64,000 nt of DNA from assembly GCA_964057225.1 (NCBI GenBank), contig OZ059900.1, positions 3,596,001 through 3,660,000 of the forward strand. The letters run 5' to 3'. Below, one piece after another: positions 1 to 10,984 of this stretch. Below the pieces are notes generated by a model. That model saw nothing but the letters and a program-made list of their open reading frames with translations, had not been told where the DNA came from and ran no database searches. The stretch comes from Auanema rhodensis (Eukaryota > Animalia > Nematoda). Numbering within the stretch: the stretch's first letter is position 1; every line of letters starts with the position of its first letter. The position numbers were made by a program, and so were the translations under genes.

Positions 1-695
1 GCGTTTAATTGATGACTTTTGTTGTCATAGACATTAAAACTATGCTTTTGATCATATAAATGAGCGATTTAGCCAAATTAGACTCAAAACTCGGAAATTT
101 CGAAAATTCTTTCTATTTTCGACCTTTTTTGATCAAAATGAATATATATCAGTGCAAACTCATAAAAATAGACTGATTTTGTGTATTGTATGTTTGATTC
201 TCAAATCTTAAAGAATATGATCGAAATTTACGAGTATTACAGATTTTGTACCAAAAATCGGTGAGTATATGGTGTTAAAGGCATAAAAACGACCATACAT
301 AGTGTAGTAATGCTATTTGAGTGAAATTCAGTGATTAAATCATTATTAGTGTATATTTGAAGACTTTTGTTATCATAGACAGTAAAACTATGCTTTTGAT
401 CATATATATGAGCGATTTAGCCCAATTCGACTCAAAACTCGGAAAATTCAAAAATTCTTTCTATTTTCGACCTTTTTTGATCAAAATGAATATATATCAG
501 TGCAAACTCATAAAAATAGACTGATTTTGTTTATTGTGTGTTTGATTTTCGAATCTTAACGAATATGATCAAAATTTACGAGTATTACAGATTTTGTACC
601 AAAAATCGGTGAGTATATGGTGTTAAAGGCATAAAAACGACCATACTTAGTGTAGTAATGCTATTTGAGCGAAATTCAGTATTTAAACATCACTA

Positions 696-1042
696 GCGTT
701 TAATTGATGACTTTTGTTGTCATAGACATTAAAACTATGCTTTTGATCATATATATGAGCGATTTAGCCAAATTAGACTCAAAACTCGGAAATTTCAAAA
801 ATTCTTTCTATTTTCGACCTTTTTTGATCAAAATGAATAAATATCAGTGCAAACTCGTAAAAATAGACTGATTTTGTGTATTGTATGTTTGATTCTCAAA
901 TCTTAACGAATATGATCAAAATTTACGAGTATTACAGATTTTGTACCAAAAATCGGTGAGTATATGGTGTTAAAGGCATAAAAACGACCATACTTAGTGT
1001 AGTAATGCTATTTGAGCGAAATTCAGTATTTAAACATTACTA
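696..1042. repeat. Representative 347-bp A-type monomer (gcgaaattcagtatttaaacat(c/t)actagcgtttaattgatgac block)
   Basis: gcgtttaattgatgac starts at 696 and again at 1043. B-type monomers instead carry gtgaaattcagtgattt..tcattattagtgtatatttgaagac and are 348 bp. Confidence 0.95.
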
Positions 1043-2007
1043 GCGTTTAATTGATGACTTTTGTTGTTATAGACAATAAAACTATGTTTTTGATCATATA
1101 TATGAGCGATTTAGCCAAATTGGACTCAAAACTCGGAAATTTCAAAAATTCTTTCTATTTTCGACCTTTTTTGATCAAAATGAATAAATATCAGTGCAAA
1201 CTTGTAAAAATAGACTTATTTTGTGTATTATGTGTTTGATTCTCGAATCTTAACAAATATGATCAAAATTTACAAGTATTACAGATTTTGTACCAAAAAT
1301 CGGTGAGTATATGGTGTTAAAGGCATAAAAACGACCATACTTAGTGTAGTAATGCTATTTGAGTGAAATTCAGTGATTTAATCATTATTAGTGTATATTT
1401 GAAGACTTTTGTTATCATAGACAGTAAAACTATGCTTTTGATCATATATATGAGCGATTTAGCATAATTCGACTCAAAACTCGGAAAATTCAAAAATTCT
1501 TTCTATTTTCGACCTTTTTTGATGAAAATGAATATATATCAGTGTAAACTCATAAAAATAGACTGATTTTGTGTATTGTGTGTTTGATTCTCAAATCTTA
1601 ACAAATATGATCAAATTTTACGAGTATTACAGATTTTGTACCAAAAATCGGTGAGTATATGGTGTTAAAGGCATAAAAACGACCATACTTAGTGTAGTAA
1701 TGCTATTTGAGCGAAAATCAGTATTTAAACATCACTAGCGTTTAATTGAAGATTTTTGTTGTCATAGACAATAAAACTATGCTTCTGATCATATATATGA
1801 GCGATTTAGCCAAATTAGACTCAAAACTCGGAAATTTCAAAAATTCTTTCTATTTTCGACCTTTTTTGATCAAAATGAATAAATATCAGTGCAAACTCAT
1901 AAAAATAGACTTATTTCGTGTATTATGTGTTTGTTTCTCGAATCTTAACGAATATGATCAAAATTTACAAGTATTACAGATTTTGTACCAAAAATCGGTG
2001 AGTATAT

Positions 2008-2353
2008 GGTGTTAAAGGCATAAAAACGACCATACTTAGTGTAGTAATGCATTTGAGTGAAATTCAGTGATTTACACATTATTAGTGTATATTTGAAGAC
2101 TTTTGTTATCATAGACAGTAAAACTATGCTTTTGATCATATATATGAGCGATTTAGCCCCATTGGACTCAAAACTCGGAAAATTCAAAAATTCTTCTATT
2201 TTCGACCTTTTTTGATCAAAATGAATATATATCAGTGCAAACTCATAAAAATAGACTGATTTTGTTTATTGTGTGTTTGATTTTCAAATCTTAACGAATA
2301 TGATCAAAATTTACGAGTATTACAGATTTTGTACCAAAAATCGGTGAGTATAT
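2008..2353. repeat. 346-bp deletion-variant monomer (atgcattt and attcttctat single-base deletions, gccccattgg)
   Basis: Anchor step 2008->2354 is 346. It is marked by the recurring minus-strand 80-aa ORF at 1945, 5417, 8194, 9929, 16867, 18602, 18948, 20683, 22418, 25195, 27277, 31096, 31789. Confidence 0.9.
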
Positions 2354-5300
2354 GGTGTTAAAGGCATAAAAACGACCATACTTAGTGTAGTAATGCTATT
2401 TGAGCGAAATTCAGTATTTAAACATCACTAGCGTTTAATTGATGACTTTTGTTGTCATAGACATTAAAACTATGCTTTTGATCATATAAATGAGCGATTT
2501 AGCCAAATTAGACTCAAAACTCGGAAATTTCAAAAATTCTTTCTATTTTCGACCTTTTTTGATCAAAATGAATATATATCAGTGCAAACTCATAAAAATA
2601 GACTGATTTTGTGTATTGTATGTTTGATTCTCAAATCTTAAAGAATATGATCGAAATTTACGAGTATTACAGATTTTGTACCAAAAATCGGTGAGTATAT
2701 GGTGTTAAAGGCATAAAAACGACCATACATAGTGTAGTAATGCTATTTGAGTGAAATTCAGTGATTAAATCATTATTAGTGTATATTTGAAGACTTTTGT
2801 TATCATAGACAGTAAAACTATGCTTTTGATCATATATATGAGCGATTTAGCCCAATTCGACTCAAAACTCGGAAAATTCAAAAATTCTTTCTATTTTCGA
2901 CCTTTTTTGATCAAAATGAATATATATCAGTGCAAACTCATAAAAATAGACTGATTTTGTTTATTGTGTGTTTGATTTTCAAATCTTAACGAATATGATC
3001 AAAATTTACGAGTATTACAGATTTTGTACCAAAAATCGGTGAGTATATGGTGTTAAAGGCATAAAAACGACCATACTTAGTGTAGTAATGCTATTTGAGC
3101 GAAATTCAGTATTTAAACATCACTAGCGTTTAATTGATGACTTTTGTTGTCATAGACATTAAAACTATGCTTTTGATCATATAAATGAGCGATTTAGCCA
3201 AATTAGACTCAAAACTCGGAAATTTCAAAAATTCTTTCTATTTTCGACCTTTTTTGATCAAAATGAATAAATATCAGTGCAAACTCGTAAAAATAAACTT
3301 ATTTCGTGTATTGTGTGTTTCATTCTCGAATCTCACCGAATATGATCAAAATTTACGAGTATCACAGATTTTGTACCAAAAATCGGTGAGTATATGGTGT
3401 TAAAGGCATAAAAACGACCATACTTAGTGTAGTAATGCTATTAGAGCGAAATTCAGTATTTAAACATCACTAGCGTTTAATTGATGACTTTTGTTGTCAT
3501 AGACATTAAAACTATGCTTTTGATCATATAAATGAGCGATTTAGCCAAATTAGACTCAAAACTCGGAAATTTCAAAAATTCTTTCTATTTTCGACCTTTT
3601 TTGATCAAAATGAATATATATCAGTGCAAACTCATAAAAATAGACTGATTTTGTGTATTGTATGTTTGATTCTCAAATCTTAAAGAATATGATCGAAATT
3701 TACGAGTATTACAGATTTTGTACCAAAAATCGGTGAGTATATGGTGTTAAAGGCATAAAAACGACCATACATAGTGTAGTAATGCTATTTGAGTGAAATT
3801 CAGTGATTAAATCAATATTAGTGTATATTTGAAGACTTTTGTTATCATAGACAGTAAAACTATGCTTTTGATCATATATATGAGCGATTTAGCCCAATTC
3901 GACTCAAAACTCGGAAAATTCAAAAATTCTTTCTATTTTCGACCTTTTTTGATCAAAATGAATATATATCAGTGCAAACTCATAAAAATAGACTGATTTT
4001 GTTTATTGTGTGTTTGATTTTCAAATCTTAACGAATATGATCAAAATTTACGAGTATTACAGATTTTGTACCAAAAATCGGTGAGTATATGGTGTTAAAG
4101 GCATAAAAACGACCATACTTAGTGTAGTAATGCTATTTGAGCGAAATTCAGTATTTAAACATCACTAGCGTTTAATTGATGACTTTTGTTGTCATAGACA
4201 TTAAAACTATGCTTTTGATCATATAAATGAGCGATTTAGCCAAATTAGACTCAAAACTCGGAAATTTCAAAAATTCTTTCTATTTTCGACCTTTTTTGAT
4301 CAAAATGAATAAATATCAGTGCAAACTCGTAAAAATAAACTTATTTCGTGTATTGTGTGTTTGATTCTCGAATCTCACCGAATATGATCAAAATTTACGA
4401 GTATCACAGATTTTGTACCAAAAATCGGTGAGTATATGGTGTTAAAGGCATAAAAACGACCATACTTAGTGTAGTAATGCTATTAGAGCGAAATTCAGTA
4501 TTTAAACATCACTAGCGTTTAATTGATGACTTTTGTTGTCATAGACATTAAAACTATGCTTTTGATCATATAAATGAGCGATTTAGCCAAATTAGACTCA
4601 AAACTCGGAAATTTCAAAAATTCTTTCTATTTTCGACCTTTTTTGATCAAAATGAATAAATATCAGTGCAAACTCGTAAAATCAAACTTATTTCGTGTAT
4701 TGTATGTTTGATTCTCAAATCTTAAAGAATATGATCGAAATTTACGAGTATTACAGATTTTGTACCAAAAATCGGTGAGTATATGGTGTTAAAGGCATAA
4801 AAACGACCATACTTAGTGTAGTAATGCTATTTGAGTGAAATTCAGTGATTTAATCATTATTAGTGTATATTTGAAGACTTTTGTTATCATAGACAGTAAA
4901 ACTATGCTTTTGATCATATATATGAGCGATTTAGCCCAATTCGACTCAAAACTCGGAAAATTCAAAAATTCTTTCTATTTTCGACCTTTTTTGATGAAAA
5001 TGAATATATATCAGTGTAAACTCATAAAAATAGACTGATTTTGTGTATTGTGTGTTTGATTCTCAAATCTTAACAAATATGATCAAATTTTACGAGTATT
5101 ACAGATTTTGTACCAAAAATCGGTGAGTATATGGTGTTAAAGGCATAAAAACGACCATACTTAGTGTAGTAATGCTATTTGAGCGAAAATCAGTATTTAA
5201 ACATCACTAGCGTTTAATTGAAGATTTTTGTTGTCATAGACAATAAAACTATGCTTCTGATCATATATATGAGCGATTTAGCCAAATTAGACTCAAAACT

Positions 5301-8300
5301 CGGAAATTTCAAAAATTCTTTCTATTTTCGACCTTTTTTGATCAAAATGAATAAATATCAGTGCAAACTCATAAAAATAGACTTATTTCGTGTATTATGT
5401 GTTTGTTTCTCGAATCTTAACGAATATGATCGAAATTTACAAGTATTACAGATTTTGTACCAAAAATCGGTGAGTATATGGTGTTAAAGGCATAAAAACG
5501 ACCATACTTAGTGTAGTAATGCATTTGAGTGAAATTCAGTGATTTACACATTATTAGTGTATATTTGAAGACTTTTGTTATCATAGACAGTAAAACTATG
5601 CTTTTGATCATATATATGAGCGATTTAGCCCCATTGGACTCAAAACTCGGAAAATTCAAAAATTCTTCTATTTTCGACCTTTTTTGATCAAAATGAATAT
5701 ATATCAGTGCAAACTCATAAAAATAGACTGATTTTGTTTATTGTGTGTTTGATTTTCAAATCTTAACGAATATGATCAAAATTTACGAGTATTACAGATT
5801 TTGTACCAAAAATCGGTGAGTATATGGTGTTAAAGGCATAAAAACGACCATACTTAGTGTAGTAATGCTATTTGAGCGAAAATCAGTATTTAAACATCAC
5901 TAGCGTTTAATTGATGATTTTTGTTGTCATAGACAATAAAACTATGCTTCTGATCATATAAATGAGCGATTTAGCCAAATTAGACTCAAAACTCGGAAAT
6001 TTCAAAAATTCTTTCTATTTTCGACCTTTTTTGATCAAAATGAATATATATCAGTGCAAGCTCATAAAAATAGACTGATTTTGTGTATTGTATGTTTGAT
6101 TCTCAAATCTTAACGAATATGATCGAAATTTACGAGTATTACAGATTTTGTACCAAAAATCGGTGAGTATATGGTGTTAAAGGCATAAAAACGACCATAC
6201 TTAGTGTAGTAATGCTATTTGAGCGAAATTCAGTATTTAAACATCACTAGCGTTTAATTGATGACTTTTGTTGTCATAGACATTAAAACTATGCTTTTGA
6301 TCATATAAATGAGCGATTTAGCCAAATTAGACTCAAAACTCGGAAATTTCGAAAATTCTTTCTATTTTCGACCTTTTTTGATCAAAATGAATATATATCA
6401 GTGCAAACTCATAAAAATAGACTGATTTTGTGTATTGTATGTTTGATTCTCAAATCTTAAAGAATATGATCGAAATTTACGAGTATTACAGATTTTGTAC
6501 CAAAAATCGGTGAGTATATGGTGTTAAAGGCATAAAAACGACCATACATAGTGTAGTAATGCTATTTGAGTGAAATTCAGTGATTAAATCATTATTAGTG
6601 TATATTTGAAGACTTTTGTTATCATAGACAGTAAAACTATGCTTTTGATCATATATATGAGCGATTTAGCCCAATTCGACTCAAAACTCGGAAAATTCAA
6701 AAATTCTTTCTATTTTCGACCTTTTTTGATCAAAATGAATATATATCAGTGCAAACTCATAAAAATAGACTGATTTTGTTTATTGTGTGTTTGATTTTCA
6801 AATCTTAACGAATATGATCAAAATTTACGAGTATTACAGATTTTGTACCAAAAATCGGTGAGTATATGGTGTTAAAGGCATAAAAACGACCATACTTAGT
6901 GTAGTAATGCTATTTGAGCGAAATTCAGTATTTAAACATCACTAGCGTTTAATTGATGACTTTTGTTGTCATAGACATTAAAACTATGCTTTTGATCATA
7001 TATATGAGCGATTTAGCCAAATTAGACTCAAAACTCGGAAATTTCAAAAATTCTTTCTATTTTCGACCTTTTTTGATCAAAATGAATAAATATCAGTGCA
7101 AACTCGTAAAAATAGACTGATTTTGTGTATTGTATGTTTGATTCTCAAATCTTAACGAATATGATCAAAATTTACGAGTATTACAGATTTTGTACCAAAA
7201 ATCGGTGAGTATATGGTGTTAAAGGCATAAAAACGACCATACTTAGTGTAGTAATGCTATTTGAGCGAAATTCAGTATTTAAACATTACTAGCGTTTAAT
7301 TGATGACTTTTGTTGTTATAGACAATAAAACTATGTTTTTGATCATATATATGAGCGATTTAGCCAAATTGGACTCAAAACTCGGAAATTTCAAAAATTC
7401 TTTCTATTTTCGACCTTTTTTGATCAAAATGAATAAATATCAGTGCAAACTTGTAAAAATAGACTTATTTTGTGTATTATGTGTTTGATTCTCGAATCTT
7501 AACAAATATGATCAAAATTTACAAGTATTACAGATTTTGTACCAAAAATCGGTGAGTATATGGTGTTAAAGGCATAAAAACGACCATACTTAGTGTAGTA
7601 ATGCTATTTGAGTGAAATTCAGTGATTTAATCATTATTAGTGTATATTTGAAGACTTTTGTTATCATAGACAGTAAAACTATGCTTTTGATCATATATAT
7701 GAGCGATTTAGCATAATTCGACTCAAAACTCGGAAAATTCAAAAATTCTTTCTATTTTCGACCTTTTTTGATGAAAATGAATATATATCAGTGTAAACTC
7801 ATAAAAATAGACTGATTTTGTGTATTGTGTGTTTGATTCTCAAATCTTAACAAATATGATCAAATTTTACGAGTATTACAGATTTTGTACCAAAAATCGG
7901 TGAGTATATGGTGTTAAAGGCATAAAAACGACCATACTTAGTGTAGTAATGCTATTTGAGCGAAAATCAGTATTTAAACATCACTAGCGTTTAATTGAAG
8001 ATTTTTGTTGTCATAGACAATAAAACTATGCTTCTGATCATATATATGAGCGATTTAGCCAAATTAGACTCAAAACTCGGAAATTTCAAAAATTCTTTCT
8101 ATTTTCGACCTTTTTTGATCAAAATGAATAAATATCAGTGCAAACTCATAAAAATAGACTTATTTCGTGTATTATGTGTTTGTTTCTCGAATCTTAACGA
8201 ATATGATCAAAATTTACAAGTATTACAGATTTTGTACCAAAAATCGGTGAGTATATGGTGTTAAAGGCATAAAAACGACCATACTTAGTGTAGTAATGCA

Positions 8301-10984
8301 TTTGAGTGAAATTCAGTGATTTACACATTATTAGTGTATATTTGAAGACTTTTGTTATCATAGACAGTAAAACTATGCTTTTGATCATATATATGAGCGA
8401 TTTAGCCCCATTGGACTCAAAACTCGGAAAATTCAAAAATTCTTCTATTTTCGACCTTTTTTGATCAAAATGAATATATATCAGTGCAAACTCATAAAAA
8501 TAGACTGATTTTGTTTATTGTGTGTTTGATTTTCAAATCTTAACGAATATGATCAAAATTTACGAGTATTACAGATTTTGTACCAAAAATCGGTGAGTAT
8601 ATGGTGTTAAAGGCATAAAAACGACCATACTTAGTGTAGTAATGCTATTTGAGCGAAAATCAGTATTTAAACATCACTAGCGTTTAATTGATGATTTTTG
8701 TTGTCATAGACAATAAAACTATGCTTCTGATCATATAAATGAGCGATTTAGCCAAATTAGACTCAAAACTCGGAAATTTCAAAAATTCTTTCTATTTTCG
8801 ACCTTTTTTGATCAAAATGAATATATATCAGTGCAAGCTCATAAAAATAGACTGATTTTGTGTATTGTATGTTTGATTCTCAAATCTTAACGAATATGAT
8901 CGAAATTTACGAGTATTACAGATTTTGTACCAAAAATCGGTGAGTATATGGTGTTAAAGGCATAAAAACGACCATACTTAGTGTAGTAATGCTATTTGAG
9001 CGAAATTCAGTATTTAAACATCACTAGCGTTTAATTGATGACTTTTGTTGTCATAGACATTAAAACTATGCTTTTGATCATATAAATGAGCGATTTAGCC
9101 AAATTAGACTCAAAACTCGGAAATTTCAAAAATTCTTTCTATTTTCGACCTTTTTTGATCAAAATGAATATATATCAGTGCAAACTCATAAAAATAGACT
9201 GATTTTGTGTATTGTATGTTTGATTCTCAAATCTTAAAGAATATGATCGAAATTTACGAGTATTACAGATTTTGTACCAAAAATCGGTGAGTATATGGTG
9301 TTAAAGGCATAAAAACGACCATACTTAGTGTAGTAATGCTATTTGAGTGAAATTCAGTGATTTAATCATTATTAGTGTATATTTGAAGACTTTTGTTATC
9401 ATAGACAGTAAAACTATGCTTTTGATCATATATATGAGCGATTTAGCCCAATTCGACTCAAAACTCGGAAAATTCAAAAATTCTTTCTATTTTCGACCTT
9501 TTTTGATGAAAATGAATATATATCAGTGTAAACTCATAAAAATAGACTGATTTTGTGTATTGTGTGTTTGATTCTCAAATCTTAACAAATATGATCAAAT
9601 TTTACGAGTATTACAGATTTTGTACCAAAAATCGGTGAGTATATGGTGTTAAAGGCATAAAAACGACCATACTTAGTGTAGTAATGCTATTTGAGCGAAA
9701 ATCAGTATTTAAACATCACTAGCGTTTAATTGAAGATTTTTGTTGTCATAGACAATAAAACTATGCTTCTGATCATATATATGAGCGATTTAGCCAAATT
9801 AGACTCAAAACTCGGAAATTTCAAAAATTCTTTCTATTTTCGACCTTTTTTGATCAAAATGAATAAATATCAGTGCAAACTCATAAAAATAGACTTATTT
9901 CGTGTATTATGTGTTTGTTTCTCGAATCTTAACGAATATGATCAAAATTTACAAGTATTACAGATTTTGTACCAAAAATCGGTGAGTATATGGTGTTAAA
10001 GGCATAAAAACGACCATACTTAGTGTAGTAATGCATTTGAGTGAAATTCAGTGATTTACACATTATTAGTGTATATTTGAAGACTTTTGTAATCATAGAC
10101 AGTAAAACTATGCTTTTGATCATATATATGAGCGATTTAGCCCCATTGGACTCAAAACTCGGAAAATTCAAAAATTCTTCTATTTTCGACCTTTTTTGAT
10201 CAAAATGAATATATATCAGTGCAAACTCATAAAAATAGACTGATTTTGTTTATTGTGTGTTTGATTTTCAAATCTTAACGAATATGATCAAAATTTACGA
10301 GTATTACAGATTTTGTACCAAAAATCGGTGAGTATATGGTGTTAAAGGCATAAAAACGACCATACTTAGTGTAGTAATGCTATTTGAGCGAAATTCAGTA
10401 TTTAAACATCACTAGCGTTTAATTGATGACTTTTGTTGTCATAGACATTAAAACTATGCTTTTGATCATATAAATGAGCGATTTAGCCAAATTAGACTCA
10501 AAACTCGGAAATTTCAAAAATTCTTTCTATTTTCGACCTTTTTTGATCAAAATGAATATATATCAGTGCAAACTCATAAAAATAGACTGATTTTGTGTAT
10601 TGTATGTTTGATTCTCAAATCTTAACGAATATGATCGAAATTTACGAGTATTACAGATTTTGTACCAAAAATCGGTGAGTATATGGTGTTAAAGGCATAA
10701 AAACGACCATACTTAGTGTAGTAATGCTATTTGAGCGAAATTCAGTATTTAAACATCACTAGCGTTTAATTGATGACTTTTGTTGTCATAGACATTAAAA
10801 CTATGCTTTTGATCATATAAATGAGCGATTTAGCCAAATTAGACTCAAAACTCGGAAAATTCAAAAATTCTTTCTATTTTCGACCTTTTTTGATCAAAAT
10901 GAATATATATCAGTGCAAACTCATAAAAATAGACTGATTTTGTTTATTGTGTGTTTGATTTTCAAATCTTAACGAATATGATCA

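Noticed and set aside
116-135. CENP-B box
   Set aside because: TTCG is present but is not followed by the required A..CGGG pattern here or at the tttcgtg site.
1-347. 5S rRNA, tRNA, snRNA or spliced-leader tandem gene unit
   Set aside because: About 28% GC, and I could not recognise any such RNA sequence or Pol III box A/B/C. An Infernal/Rfam scan would be the definitive test.
707-723. Small hairpin atgac-ttttgtt-gtcat
   Set aside because: Only a 5-bp stem, and it is broken in B-type and several other monomers; likely chance.
836-841. AATAAA polyadenylation signals and TATA-like tataaa motifs
   Set aside because: Polymorphic among monomers and expected by chance at ~72% AT.
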